A stretch of DNA of 64,000 nucleotides from Methanocaldococcus indicus (GCF_049554935.1 NZ_CP186926.1:384001-448000); one strand, 5' to 3'; counted from the first letter of the stretch, positions 13,360 through 24,009 are shown. Translations and numbers: made by a program. The notes: generated by a model not told the origin, from the letters alone.

Positions 13360-14145
13360 ATGATAATTCCTGCCCACATTACAGGATTTTTTACAATACA
13401 TAAGGAAAAAATTCCTATAAAATCTGGCTCTACAGGGGCTGGAATAACATTAGATAAAGGAGTAGAGATTAGATTAGAAGATGGGACTGGAAAGATATAC
13501 TACAATGATAAAAGAGCTGATATATGTCCTGTAAAAAAGATTCTAAAAGAGGAAACTGAGAATATATTTGATGTGTATTTTTACTCTCCTTTCCCCTTAG
13601 GTAGTGGATTAGGAATGTCTGGGGCATGTAGTTTAGCATTAACAAAAATTTTAAAGTTACCTATTGAAAAGGCTCATATTGCAGAGGTTGAATGCAACAC
13701 TGGATTAGGTGATGTTATAGCCCAAGCTATTAAAGGATTTGTTATTAGATTATCTCCAGGATTTCCTACTGTTGTTAAGAGAGTTCCTGTAAGAGTGGAA
13801 GATTATTATATAGTTTTAGAAATTTTAGGAGAAAAAGAAACAAAAGATATTCTAACTAATCCAGAACTTACAAAAAGAATAAATTTAAGTGGAGACTTAT
13901 GCTTAGATGAACTGTTGTTAAATCCAACATTAGAGAACTTTATAAAACTATCTTACAGATTTGCTAATGAAACTAATTTAATAGATGATGAGATAAAAGA
14001 GATATGTGAAGATTTAAATAAGATTTGTTTAGGAGCTTCTCAGTCTATGCTTGGAAAAACTGTATTTTGTATAGTAAAGAAAGGACAGTTAAAAGATGTC
14101 TTATCTATCTTAAAGAATCCTATTGTTTGTAAGATTTCTCAATAA
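13360..14145 (+). CDS. Pantoate kinase (GHMP kinase family)
   Basis: PAHITGFF, GSTGAG, PLGSGLGMSGA, AEVECNTGLGDV, SQSMLGKT. Confidence 0.88.
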   Translation: MIIPAHITGFFTIHKEKIPIKSGSTGAGITLDKGVEIRLEDGTGKIYYNDKRADICPVKKILKEETENIFDVYFYSPFPLGSGLGMSGACSLALTKILKLPIEKAHIAEVECNTGLGDVIAQAIKGFVIRLSPGFPTVVKRVPVRVEDYYIVLEILGEKETKDILTNPELTKRINLSGDLCLDELLLNPTLENFIKLSYRFANETNLIDDEIKEICEDLNKICLGASQSMLGKTVFCIVKKGQLKDVLSILKNPIVCKISQ

Positions 14146-14221
14146 TGATTTAATTTTTTATTTTTAAATGCATATCTATATATTTAAATTAATCAATAAA
14201 ATACTAAATATAATAAAATAG

Positions 14222-14296
14222 TGCTCCGGCCGGGATTTGAACCCGGGTCGCGGGCTCGAAAGGCCCGCATGATTGGCCGGGCTACACCACCGGAGC
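14222..14296 (-). tRNA. tRNA-Glu(TTC)
   Basis: Reverse complement GCTCCGGTGGTGTAGCCCGGCC...CGGGC-CTTTCGA-GCCCG...GGTTCAAATCCCGGCCGGAGCA; cloverleaf; CCA not encoded. Confidence 0.96.
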
Positions 14297-14306
14297 AAAA
14301 AAATAG

Positions 14307-14381
14307 CGGACCCGGGGGGATTTGAACCCCCGACCCCCGGCTTAGAAGGCCGGTGCCCTATCCAGGCTAGGCTACGGGTCC
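14307..14381 (-). tRNA. tRNA-Arg(TCT)
   Basis: Reverse complement GGACCCGTAGCCTAG...CCGGC-CTTCTAA-GCCGG...GGTTCAAATCCCCCCGGGTCCG; tandem with tRNA-Glu. Confidence 0.96.
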
Positions 14382-14441
14382 TTACAAGAAGAGCAATGTA
14401 TAGAAATAGTAAAACCCCTATAAATATTTTTCGTTAATTAA

Positions 14442-14768
14442 TTATTTTATATATTCTACTTTCTTTCCTATAAGTTCATTTAAATTAATATTTTTAGACT
14501 TAAACTCTAACATAGCTGTTGAATATTTTTTACACTTATAAAATCTCCAAGGTTTTAATGTTGTAGTTTCAACAACAATATCATTATCTATAAAAAGAAT
14601 ATCAATAGGGTAAAAAACAAAAAAAGTATGAACTGATATCTTCCTTCTTTTATATAGAAATAATAATCCTTTATCTTTAATATCTCTAAACATTAAGCCA
14701 AAAGCTCTTTTTATAAAATTATCTGCTACTTCAACATCAAACACTAAATTATCAATTTTTATTTTCAT
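14442..14768 (-). CDS. DUF192 family protein
   Basis: [30 protein letters not shown]. Confidence 0.85.
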   Translation of the reverse strand: MKIKIDNLVFDVEVADNFIKRAFGLMFRDIKDKGLLFLYKRRKISVHTFFVFYPIDILFIDNDIVVETTTLKPWRFYKCKKYSTAMLEFKSKNINLNELIGKKVEYIK

Positions 14769-15591
14769 AAGTATCTCTTTTGTTATTGTATGGAACTGGG
14801 ATATAATAGACAGATGGTCTATTTGTCTTAGGTTGAGGATAGAGCTCTAACAATTTATATACTTTCTTTGGAACATTAGTATCAATATCTATTCCCAACT
14901 CTCTCAACTTTTTAACAGTTAAAGGATAGTCATGTGTCCATCTTCCCTCTGTTAAAATTCTTGCCAACTTTTTTGCTTTTTTATCATCAAATTTATCTTT
15001 TAATAGGTTATATACAAAATCTTCCATTTGTGAAATAGCCTTCTTAGCTATATCTACTAAAATAAGTGTTTCATCACTCAATTTTTCTCCTTTTTTATAG
15101 TATGTTTCTAATATTGATGCTGCTGGATACTGTCCAAGTTGAGGGTCAACTGGCCCAAGAACTGCATTTTTATCCATAATTATTTTATCTGCTGCCAAAG
15201 CTATTAAAGTTCCTCCACTCATTGCATAGTGTGGAACTATAACCCTTGTCTCAGCTTTATGTTCCTTTAAAGCTAAAGCTATTTGTTCAGCAGCTAATGC
15301 TATACCCCCAGGAGTATGAATAATTAAGTCAATTGGCATATCATCAGGTGTTAATCTTATAGCCCTTAAAACTTCTTCACTATCCTCAATAGTTATATAT
15401 CTATAAATAGGAATTCCAAACAAAGAAAGAACTTCCTGCCTATGAATCATAGCTATAACTCTACTTTTTCTCTCTTTTTCAAGTTCTTTTATACATCTCA
15501 ATCTCTTCATTATTCTATATCTCATCATCATCTCAGGATACAAAAAGAGAAAGAAAAAGAAAATAAAAAAGAAAAAGTCAAAACTTGCCAA
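14752..15591 (-). CDS. SDH family Clp-fold serine protease (DUF114)
   Basis: [34 protein letters not shown]; N-terminal TM segment. Confidence 0.88.
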   Translation of the reverse strand: MASFDFFFFIFFFFLFLYPEMMMRYRIMKRLRCIKELEKERKSRVIAMIHRQEVLSLFGIPIYRYITIEDSEEVLRAIRLTPDDMPIDLIIHTPGGIALAAEQIALALKEHKAETRVIVPHYAMSGGTLIALAADKIIMDKNAVLGPVDPQLGQYPAASILETYYKKGEKLSDETLILVDIAKKAISQMEDFVYNLLKDKFDDKKAKKLARILTEGRWTHDYPLTVKKLRELGIDIDTNVPKKVYKLLELYPQPKTNRPSVYYIPVPYNNKRDTYENKN

Positions 15592-15602
15592 TTATCTCAC
15601 CT

Positions 15603-15800
15603 TTATTTTAAGCTAACTGATATAACATAGTATATAATAATTAGAATAGCTATACCTAAAAACATATAGTTTAATCTCATCATTCTTTTTCTTCTTTTTA
15701 TATACTCTAATCTACACTTTTCAGAACAAAAAAGTTGGTCTGGGGGAATAGATATACCACAATTTAAACAATGTCTATGTTTCTCAACCATAACAATCAC
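15603..15800 (-). CDS. DUF2116 Zn-ribbon membrane protein
   Basis: HRHCLNCG...FCSEKC followed by a C-terminal TM helix. Confidence 0.85.
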   Translation of the reverse strand: MIVMVEKHRHCLNCGISIPPDQLFCSEKCRLEYIKRRKRMMRLNYMFLGIAILIIIYYVISVSLK

Positions 15801-16471
15801 TCAATAACTGTTCCATCACTTTCTCCTTTAACAGCTTTTAATAGTTCTTCTGGTTCTCCTTTTACAACAACTGTCTTTATTTTAGCCCTTTCAATAATTT
15901 TAGCAGCTAAAGGGTCAATAACAGAAGAACTTCCAGCTTTCAGGGAAGAGGAAATAGCAATATTAACAAGTTCTTCAAAACTCAACTTACTGTATTTTTT
16001 AGCATCTTTAAATTTTTTTGGGTCTTTGTTATAGACACCATCAACATTAGTCCCAATAACTAACAAATCAGCATTAATAAACTCTGCTAATCCAGCAGCA
16101 ACTGCATCAGTTGTATGAGCTGGATGAGTTCCTCCTAACACAGGAATTTTTCCAGTAGATAAGATTATTTCAGCTTCTTCAAAATTTGTAGGAATCTTTT
16201 TTATACTATAATCATTTAGAGCAATAGCCAATATTAATGCATTTAATCTTGTAGAAAGTATTCCCAAAGTATCACACAGAGAATCATTAGCATTTAACTC
16301 TCTTGCTAATCTTATATAATCTCTTGCTGTCTTTCCTCCACCTACAACAATAGCAATCTCATGACCTTCATCTTTTAATTTTTTAAAAACCTTTGCATAT
16401 TCTTTTATCTTTTCTGATGATGGATTTTCAGGCATTATAACAGAGCCACCTAAATCAAAAACTATCCTCAA
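15797..16471 (-). CDS. pyrH: UMP kinase
   Basis: DLGGSV, VVGGGKTAR, HTTDAVAA, TNVDGVYNKDP. Confidence 0.95.
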   Translation of the reverse strand: MRIVFDLGGSVIMPENPSSEKIKEYAKVFKKLKDEGHEIAIVVGGGKTARDYIRLARELNANDSLCDTLGILSTRLNALILAIALNDYSIKKIPTNFEEAEIILSTGKIPVLGGTHPAHTTDAVAAGLAEFINADLLVIGTNVDGVYNKDPKKFKDAKKYSKLSFEELVNIAISSSLKAGSSSVIDPLAAKIIERAKIKTVVVKGEPEELLKAVKGESDGTVIE

Positions 16472-16562
16472 TGTTTCACCTTATAATAATCCTTAGTTTC
16501 TTTTTATTATAAAATGGTTTAGAACTTTTAATATATTTACTTTGTAATAATTTATATATTTG

Positions 16563-17003
16563 GATAACAATTATCACGCTAAAAATTTTTATTTTTTGAT
16601 TTTATTGGGTTTTAGTTGATTATTTTCAATTTAGAGGATTTTTAGGGAAATTCAGAGGGGTCTGTATTTTGAATATTTTATATATTCTAATTATATAATC
16701 TATTGAGATTTTTAGGTGTTTTATGTCGTTCCTTTTAATATTTGAAAATCTCCAATAAATAGAGTTGATTTTTTAATATAAAAAATTTTTAATTGAAAAA
16801 TATGGAATAGAAAGATTTTTATAAAAGTTCAAAGGTATATAAATGAATAGGGAAACCTACCCTTCAAAAAATTTTTATGTAGAAAAGCTTATATATGAGA
16901 AGGTCGTTAATGTTATTATGTCTAAAATGTGCCAATAAGCCCTTTTTGTTTCATAAATATTTTTAGAGAATGTCGTTAATGTTATTATGTCTAAAATGTG
17001 CCC
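16563..17003 (+). promoter_or_regulatory. CRISPR leader 1 (long AT-rich leader, BRE/TATA AAAAGCTTATATA near 16884-16896)
   Basis: Aligns by eye over its whole length with 56794-57166; immediately precedes array 1. Confidence 0.85.
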
Positions 17004-17367
17004 GCTAAAATCGTGCCTCTTGGAGGATGGAATTTTTATTTTAGAGTGTTTAATATATCATCTGATTACGAGCTAAAATCGTGCCTCTTGGAGGATGGAA
17101 TATTTTGCCACTTCTGAAACTCTTAACCCAAATAACCGCTAAAATCGTGCCTCTTGGAGGATGGAATTTATAATAATCATATTAAGAAGATGCAGAAGAA
17201 TGTCTTAAAAATGCAGAGTACTTGGAGGATGGAATTTATAATAATCATATTCTTCCTTTTTCTCCCATGCTAAAATCGTGCCTCTTGGAGGATGGAAACT
17301 TTTTTATTAAATTTATAGGATGTGGAGTTAGATTTGCGCTAAAATCGTGCCTCTTGGAGGATGAAAA
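17004..17367 (+). CRISPR. CRISPR array 1: 5 full 30-bp repeats plus one half repeat, repeat GCTAAAATCGTGCCTCTTGGAGGATGGAAW
   Basis: Repeats at 17004, 17072, 17138, 17269 and 17338 (last degenerate); half repeat 17221-17235; no cas genes adjacent. Confidence 0.95.
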
Positions 17368-17406
17368 TCACTTTTTTTTATTTTAAAAAAACAAATGTGA
17401 GTATAA

Positions 17407-18045
17407 ATGAAAGTTGCTATTTTATCAGAAGGTAAATATGGATTGAGAGCATATAATAACATTAAAGAGAAATTTCCTACTGATTTTTTAATTGTGAAGT
17501 ATTATGGAGATGTTGATATAGAGATTGATAAAGATATTATTAAAAAATTAAAAGATTATGATTTATTTATTTTATATTTAAATCCAAATTTATCCTATGA
17601 GATTGTTGAAAAAATTAAAAAACTAAATCCAAAAGCTTATGTTATATTAGGATTTTGGGGTGGAGAAGGTTTTAAGAGGCAAATTGAAAAGTTTGGTAAT
17701 TGTATAGCTCCTAAACTTTTATGTGAGTTAGATGAAGAATATTTAAAGAACTATATTGATAAGTATCCTCAACTAAAAGAGTTTTTAAAATACTTTGGAA
17801 AGCCAAAAATAGAAGTGAAACTTAAAGATAATAAAATAGTTGATTATATAGTAATTAGGGACTCTATTTGTGGCTCTGCCAAGGAAGTTATTAAAGAGTT
17901 TTTAGGTAAAGAGTTTAATAAGATAGATTTAGGTTTGAGATTACAACATTTCTGTGTTGCTGGAAAATGTGACATTTTTAAAAAAGAAGAGAGTAAAAAA
18001 GCAAAAGCTGGAAAAATTTTTGTTGAAAATATAGAGACTGTTTAA
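17407..18045 (+). CDS. DUF166 family protein
   Basis: GKYGLRAY, FGKPKIEV, RDSICGS, RLQHFCVA resemble DUF166. Confidence 0.65.
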   Translation: MKVAILSEGKYGLRAYNNIKEKFPTDFLIVKYYGDVDIEIDKDIIKKLKDYDLFILYLNPNLSYEIVEKIKKLNPKAYVILGFWGGEGFKRQIEKFGNCIAPKLLCELDEEYLKNYIDKYPQLKEFLKYFGKPKIEVKLKDNKIVDYIVIRDSICGSAKEVIKEFLGKEFNKIDLGLRLQHFCVAGKCDIFKKEESKKAKAGKIFVENIETV

Positions 18046-18761
18046 GATACAACAATATATTTAATTACTTGTTTTATAACATCTAAAATCTTTTTTGTTG
18101 TTATATATGATATAGCTTCATCATGATACTCTATATCTACATACTCCTCCAAAATTTTAGCTCTTCTTTTAGCTAACTGAATAGCTACTAAATGCTCCAC
18201 AGCATAACCTTCTCCAAAATACATATCTCTTAAAAATTCAGCTTTGATAACTCTAAAACCACACTGTATATCTCTAAAAATATAAATTTTTTTTACATAA
18301 AGGGATATCAGTAAAGATATTAAGAGAGAAGCTAAAAAATTAGAAATCTGCCTATAAAAAGGAATATTTTTATATCTTCTAATACCAAAAACTGCATCTG
18401 CATCTTTTATTTTACTTAAAAGCTTTGGAATATCTTTTGGCTTATGCTGATAGTCCCCATCCATAAAAACTATATATTCATATCCCAAGGATAATGCTAA
18501 ATTAACACCTTTCTCAATACTCTTAGCTTTTCCAAAATTTTTTTTATTTTTTAATAAGAAAACCTTTATTTTAGAGTTTTTTTTATAATCTTCAACTACT
18601 TTATAAGTTTTATCTTTTGAGCCATCATCTACAACTATAACATCTATCTTAATCTTTTCTAAATCATTTAAAACTTTTAAAATATTTTTTTCTTCATTGT
18701 ATGCTGGAATTACAACAACTGCCTTATGTGGTATATTCTGCATTGATTTTGACATATTCAT
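18042..18761 (-). CDS. Glycosyltransferase family 2 (DPM synthase-like)
   Basis: VVIPAYNE, VDDGSKD, MDGDYQH, DIQCGFR. Confidence 0.92.
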   Translation of the reverse strand: MNMSKSMQNIPHKAVVVIPAYNEEKNILKVLNDLEKIKIDVIVVDDGSKDKTYKVVEDYKKNSKIKVFLLKNKKNFGKAKSIEKGVNLALSLGYEYIVFMDGDYQHKPKDIPKLLSKIKDADAVFGIRRYKNIPFYRQISNFLASLLISLLISLYVKKIYIFRDIQCGFRVIKAEFLRDMYFGEGYAVEHLVAIQLAKRRAKILEEYVDIEYHDEAISYITTKKILDVIKQVIKYIVVS

Positions 18762-19890
18762 AACTTAAATCACAGCCATAGAATTTTTCCTCAACATCAC
18801 CAACTTTTAAGTCAATAATTATCTTAATTTTTTTATTTTTTATTATGTTTTCAGCTTTTTTTAGTATTTCTCCCCCAACTGCCAATGGCTCATTATTTTT
18901 AACTAAATAAACATCTTCTTTATAGTTAGAGAGAATAATATCAATATCTTTAAAATCTGCCCCACTGTATCCAACAGCTGCTAAAATTCTTCCCCAATTT
19001 GGGTCATTACCAAAAAGAGCTGTTTTAACTAAAAGGGAATTAATAACTGCTTTTCCAGCTTTTTTAGCATCATCTACATTTTTAGCATTTTTTATAACAA
19101 CTTCTACCAACTTAGTTGCTCCTTCACCATCTTCAACTATCTTCTTAGCTAAATAGTCCATAATTTCATATAAAGCTTTTTTAAATTCTTCTTTACATTC
19201 ATTATAATCAATTCCACACTCTCCATTAGCTAAAATAAAAACTGTATCATTTGTTGATGTATCCCCATCCACAGAGATGTTATTAAATGTCTTATTTACA
19301 CATTCATCAGTAACCTCTTTTAATTCCTCTCTGTCTATCTTTAAGTCAGTTATAATGAAGCATAACATAGTTGCCATATTTGGATGTATCATACCAGCTC
19401 CTTTTGCTATTCCTAAAATTTTAACCTCTTTACCATTAATATTTAAGCTCTTAGCTATATACTTAGGAAACTTATCTGTTGTCATTATAGCCTTAGCAGT
19501 ATTCTCAACATTACTCTCCTTCTTAACTAAATTAGAAACTCTATAAACTAAATCTTTTAATTTTTCAATATTTGCATCTCTACCAATAACTCCTGTTGAA
19601 GCTATTAATACATCATCTTCATTAACATCTAAATATTTTGAAACATCTTTTATCATTTCCTTACATGCCAATAAACCATTTTTGTTGTAACAGTTTGCAT
19701 TACCACTATTTGCAACTATAACTCTAAATTTGTCCTTCTTTTTTATTAACTCTTGAGAAATTAAAACAGGATAAGCCTTTACTCTATTTTGTGTAAAAAC
19801 TCCATAACCTACTGCCTCTTTTTCAGAGTAAATTATTGATAAACCATAATCTTCTTTAATTCCATTCAATTTAAAACCTTTTGGAATCAT
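18724..19890 (-). CDS. argJ: Glutamate N-acetyltransferase / ornithine acetyltransferase
   Basis: NSGNANC, AIMTTD, KGAGMIHPNMATML, DGDTSTND, DGEGATK, INAEYTT. Confidence 0.97.
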   Translation of the reverse strand: MIPKGFKLNGIKEDYGLSIIYSEKEAVGYGVFTQNRVKAYPVLISQELIKKKDKFRVIVANSGNANCYNKNGLLACKEMIKDVSKYLDVNEDDVLIASTGVIGRDANIEKLKDLVYRVSNLVKKESNVENTAKAIMTTDKFPKYIAKSLNINGKEVKILGIAKGAGMIHPNMATMLCFIITDLKIDREELKEVTDECVNKTFNNISVDGDTSTNDTVFILANGECGIDYNECKEEFKKALYEIMDYLAKKIVEDGEGATKLVEVVIKNAKNVDDAKKAGKAVINSLLVKTALFGNDPNWGRILAAVGYSGADFKDIDIILSNYKEDVYLVKNNEPLAVGGEILKKAENIIKNKKIKIIIDLKVGDVEEKFYGCDLSYEYVKINAEYTT

Positions 19891-20327
19891 TCTTTCTTAA
19901 CCTCCATTAGAGCTATTTTTTCTAAAACTCTCTCAACAGTAGAACCATATCCTTTAATTTTGAATATATTTCTTATAGCCTTTTCTTTTTCTTCATTTAA
20001 ATCTAAAACAGAGTTATCTACTTCTCCACCAACAATATTATGGATTTTTTTAAATGTTTCTTCATCTTTACAAACAACACATATATCTCCATCTTTTGCT
20101 CCAAATATCCTTATTGCTTCATTTATCTGCCTTCTCCCAGAAGCTCTTACTAATATCTCCATCCAAAAATCTTTTGCTATATTTTTTTTAGTTTTTGCTT
20201 GATATATAGCTTGTAAGATATGCCTCTCTGTCGCTATAAATTTTGCATTTAAAAGTTGTTTCTCCTTTATATTAAATACTTCATCTTTTATTTTAGCCCC
20301 TCTTATTCCTCTAATTATCATACTCAT
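19887..20327 (-). CDS. cgi121: KEOPS complex subunit Cgi121
   Basis: EILVRASGRRQINEAI, VLEKIAL. Confidence 0.88.
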   Translation of the reverse strand: MSMIIRGIRGAKIKDEVFNIKEKQLLNAKFIATERHILQAIYQAKTKKNIAKDFWMEILVRASGRRQINEAIRIFGAKDGDICVVCKDEETFKKIHNIVGGEVDNSVLDLNEEKEKAIRNIFKIKGYGSTVERVLEKIALMEVKKE

Positions 20328-21089
20328 TCACATTTTTATATTTAAATTATTCTCATCAACTATTTTAACATCTTTCAAACTTTTTAAACCAAAGTTTTTG
20401 GCAGTTTTTTCTATACCAAGTTCTTTATCAGTATTTACATAAACAACATAAGCATCTAACTCCTTAATTCCTAAGTTATAGGCAGCAACTGCTCTATGAT
20501 GCCCATCCACTAAAATATATTTATCATTATTATTTCTTTTAATTACAATTATTGGCTCAGCTAAACCTTTTTTTATCTCATAGATTCTACCTAAGTATTC
20601 ATCATAATCTATCTTATTTTGAGTAGGGAGAAGTTTCTCAACTTCAACCTTTTTCCTTTCAACTTTCACATCATAACCCAATGTTTTATATGTCTTTATT
20701 ATATTTTCTAATTTTTTTGGTGTTGTTTTTTCTATTTGAGACCTAATAACATCCATATTGGATATAATTCCCAATAAATTGTTATTTTCATCTACAACAG
20801 GTAGTTTTGAAAAACCAGTTCTAAACATAATCCTTCCAACATTCATAATATTTTCATTTGGATGTGTTACAACCATATTCTCTCTTTTTGTCATTATATT
20901 CTCAACTTTTTCATTTTCATCCACTCCTACAATATCTCTAACTGAAACTATTCCAACTAACTTACCATCCTCCACAACAGGAAAAGAGCCATGTTTTGTC
21001 TTTTTTATTAGTTCAATGACATCTTTAACAGTATCATCTTTTGATAGTGTATAAACCTTTTTTGTCATATACTCATAAACCTTTGTCAT
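20328..21089 (-). CDS. CBS-pair plus ParB/Srx-like domain protein
   Basis: Two CBS domains followed by PTQ...EPIIV...LVDGHHRA. Confidence 0.85.
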   Translation of the reverse strand: MTKVYEYMTKKVYTLSKDDTVKDVIELIKKTKHGSFPVVEDGKLVGIVSVRDIVGVDENEKVENIMTKRENMVVTHPNENIMNVGRIMFRTGFSKLPVVDENNNLLGIISNMDVIRSQIEKTTPKKLENIIKTYKTLGYDVKVERKKVEVEKLLPTQNKIDYDEYLGRIYEIKKGLAEPIIVIKRNNNDKYILVDGHHRAVAAYNLGIKELDAYVVYVNTDKELGIEKTAKNFGLKSLKDVKIVDENNLNIKM

Positions 21090-22231
21090 AATAATTCCTC
21101 ATTTATTTTTTCTTTAACAATATTATAAATCTCTCTAATAGTTAAATTATACTTTTTAGATAATTTTTTTAGGTCTTCAAATTCAGGTTTTATGTTGATT
21201 ATTTCATTATCTATACATGAAACTTTAATTCTAACATTTTCATCTAACACTTTTATTGTTTTTGTATATCTATCAGCCTTAAATCTATCTGAATAAAAAA
21301 CTCTAACTCCAATAGTCCCTGTTTCTTTCATTATCTTTTTTGCTGTTTCATAAGCTTTTTCTCTACTAACTATTGCTCTAATAATATATCCTGGCCTATT
21401 TTTTTTCATATATGTAGGAATAAAATGCAAATCTTTAACATCTAAAACCTCAAACAAGTTCCCTAAAATTTCTCCTGTTGTGTCATCAACATTACTCTCT
21501 AAGATTGCAACTTTTTCAATATTTTCCTTTTTAATTTTAAAAACTCTTAAAACATTTGGAATATCTAAATCTTTCTCTCCTGCACCATAAGAAACTTTTA
21601 ATATTTCAAAATCCCCACTTATTATCTTAGGATTTATATATTTTATTATAACAGCTCCTGTAGGTGTTGTTAGTTCCCCAAAATTTTTGTCTGAAAAGAA
21701 TACTTTAAAATTTTTTAAGAGCTCTGCAACAGCAGGAGGAGGAACTGGGTAAGTTCCATGCTCAATATCTATGAAACCATTTCCTAAGTTTATTGGTCTA
21801 TAAAAAGAATTATCTTTTAAGTTCAATTTATTTATAATATAGCTTGCCCCTACTAAATCCACAACAGTGTCATAACTTGCCAATTCATGGAAATGAACAT
21901 CTTCCAAATCAACATTATGAATTTTACTTTCAACCTCAGCTAAGGTTTTTAGCATAGTTAGAGATGTCTTTTTTATATTATTTTCAATATTTGAATTTTT
22001 TATTAAATTATATATTTCTTTATAGTTGTAGTTCCATTCATCATAATAATTAATTATTAGTTTATTAGCCAAAATCCCTCTCTTATTTACTTTTACAATC
22101 TCTAAATCAACATCTACAACTTTTTTTATTGTTAAAAATAGTTCTTCTTTATCTATATAATCACAAAAAGCTGAAATAAACATATCTCCACTAATACCAC
22201 AAAATGGGTCAATTATAAACATAACATTCAC
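21086..22231 (-). CDS. larC: LarC family nickel insertion protein
   Basis: GISGDMF, VHFHE, ELTTPTGA, YGAG, ESNVDD, MKKNRPG, ETGTIGVR, KPEFED. Confidence 0.9.
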   Translation of the reverse strand: MNVMFIIDPFCGISGDMFISAFCDYIDKEELFLTIKKVVDVDLEIVKVNKRGILANKLIINYYDEWNYNYKEIYNLIKNSNIENNIKKTSLTMLKTLAEVESKIHNVDLEDVHFHELASYDTVVDLVGASYIINKLNLKDNSFYRPINLGNGFIDIEHGTYPVPPPAVAELLKNFKVFFSDKNFGELTTPTGAVIIKYINPKIISGDFEILKVSYGAGEKDLDIPNVLRVFKIKKENIEKVAILESNVDDTTGEILGNLFEVLDVKDLHFIPTYMKKNRPGYIIRAIVSREKAYETAKKIMKETGTIGVRVFYSDRFKADRYTKTIKVLDENVRIKVSCIDNEIINIKPEFEDLKKLSKKYNLTIREIYNIVKEKINEELL

Positions 22232-22305
22232 ACTGAAATAAATAATTTTTAATAATTATTTTTATAATAATTTTATATGATTTTTTATTTTTAGTGTGAT
22301 ATAGT

Positions 22306-24009
22306 ATGTTATGGAAGGATGTATGTGAAATTTTTAGAAATATAGAAAATACTACCAAGAGATTAGAAAAAAGAGCACAATTTATTAAGTTAATTGACAA
22401 AGTAAAGAATCCAGAGGATTTAAAGAGGATATGTTATATTACTATTGGAAGAGTTTTTCCAGAGTGGGATGAGAAGGAGTTAGGAGTTGGAGAGAAACTT
22501 TTAATAAATGCAATAGTCTCATCAGGAATAAATAAGGATAAACTCTTAAAAGCTATTCATGAGACAGGAGATATAGGATTAGCAGTTGAAAAATTAAAAA
22601 AAGAGAAGAAGGGAACAAATCTACTATTTTATCAACCTCTAACAGTTGAAGATGTTTATAAAACATTAAAAAGAGTTGCAGAAATTGAAGGAGAAGGTTC
22701 TCAAAAGAAAAAATTAAGGTTAATAAGTAGTTTATTTGTTAGAGCTAATCCTTTGGAAAGTAGATACTTAGCAAGGTTAATTTTAGGAGATATGAGAATA
22801 GGAATGAATGTTCCAACTATATTGGAAGCACTCTCAATATATTACAATGTTCCAAAGGAAAAGTTAGAGAAGATTTACTCTGTTGTTAATGATATTGGAT
22901 TATTAGCTGAAAAGTTGGCTAAAAATGAATTAGATGAATCTTTAACTATTCAAGTTTTTAGACCAATAAAACCAATGTTGGCTCAACTAACTCCATCAAT
23001 TGAAGAAGCTCTCTTAGAGATGGGAACAGCTCAGTTTGAAACTAAGTATGATGGTGCAAGAGTGCAAATACACAAAAAAGATGATAAAGTCAAAATTTAC
23101 AGTAGAAGGTTGGAAGATATAACTAACTCTCTTCCTGAGATTGTTAATGAGTTTAAAAAGCTTCCTGGAGAGTTTATAGTAGAAGGTGAATGTGTAGCTA
23201 TTCAGGAAGGTAGGCCAAGACCTTTCCAAGATATTTTAAGAAGGATTAAAAGAAAGTATGACATACATAAAATTTCAAAGGAAATAAATTTAAGAGTTTA
23301 TTTATTTGATATTCTCTATAAAGATGGAAAGTCCTATATTGATATACCTTTTAAAGATAGAAGAAAAGCATTAGAAGAGTTTGTAGGTTATGAGAATGAT
23401 TGGAAGAAAGACAGAGAAAAGATTGAAAAAGAGCTTAAAGAACACAAAATAATTGATATATCTTATAAGTTAGTTACTAATAAAGTGGATGAGGCAAGAG
23501 AATTCTACAATTGGAGTTTAGATATAGGACATGAGGGAGTTATGATTAAAAATTTAAAAGCTCCTTATACTCCTGGAAGTAGAGTTAGAACAATGTATAA
23601 GTTTAAACCAACATTGGAGAATTTGGATGTTGTTATTATAAAAGCTAAGAAAGGTATGGGTAAGAGAAAAGATTGGTATGGCTCTTTTGAAATTGCTGTA
23701 AGAGATGAAGAAGGGAATCTCTATTCTATTGGACATGTTGGAACTGGATTAAGTGAGGAAGATTTAGAGATGTTAAAAAAGGAAATTGATAAAATTATAT
23801 TAGAGGATTTAGGAGATGAAGTAGTAGTAAAGCCAGAGATTGTTTTAGAGGTTGCTTATGAAGAGATACAGAAATCTGATAAGTATAAAGGAGGATATGC
23901 TCTAAGATTTCCGAGAGTTGTAAGATTTAGATTTGATAAAGGGAAAGATGATATAAACACATTGGATGATGTAAAACAGATATATGAAATTCAGAGGAGT
24001 AGGAAATGA
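22306..24009 (+). CDS. lig: ATP-dependent DNA ligase
   Basis: KPMLAQ, ETKYDGARVQIH, EGVMIK, LRFPR. Confidence 0.97.
   Translation: MLWKDVCEIFRNIENTTKRLEKRAQFIKLIDKVKNPEDLKRICYITIGRVFPEWDEKELGVGEKLLINAIVSSGINKDKLLKAIHETGDIGLAVEKLKKEKKGTNLLFYQPLTVEDVYKTLKRVAEIEGEGSQKKKLRLISSLFVRANPLESRYLARLILGDMRIGMNVPTILEALSIYYNVPKEKLEKIYSVVNDIGLLAEKLAKNELDESLTIQVFRPIKPMLAQLTPSIEEALLEMGTAQFETKYDGARVQIHKKDDKVKIYSRRLEDITNSLPEIVNEFKKLPGEFIVEGECVAIQEGRPRPFQDILRRIKRKYDIHKISKEINLRVYLFDILYKDGKSYIDIPFKDRRKALEEFVGYENDWKKDREKIEKELKEHKIIDISYKLVTNKVDEAREFYNWSLDIGHEGVMIKNLKAPYTPGSRVRTMYKFKPTLENLDVVIIKAKKGMGKRKDWYGSFEIAVRDEEGNLYSIGHVGTGLSEEDLEMLKKEIDKIILEDLGDEVVVKPEIVLEVAYEEIQKSDKYKGGYALRFPRVVRFRFDKGKDDINTLDDVKQIYEIQRSRK

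Noticed and set aside
14222-14381. tRNA pair as an integration site
   Set aside because: No integrase and no duplicated tRNA 3' end seen in the window; flanks are core genes
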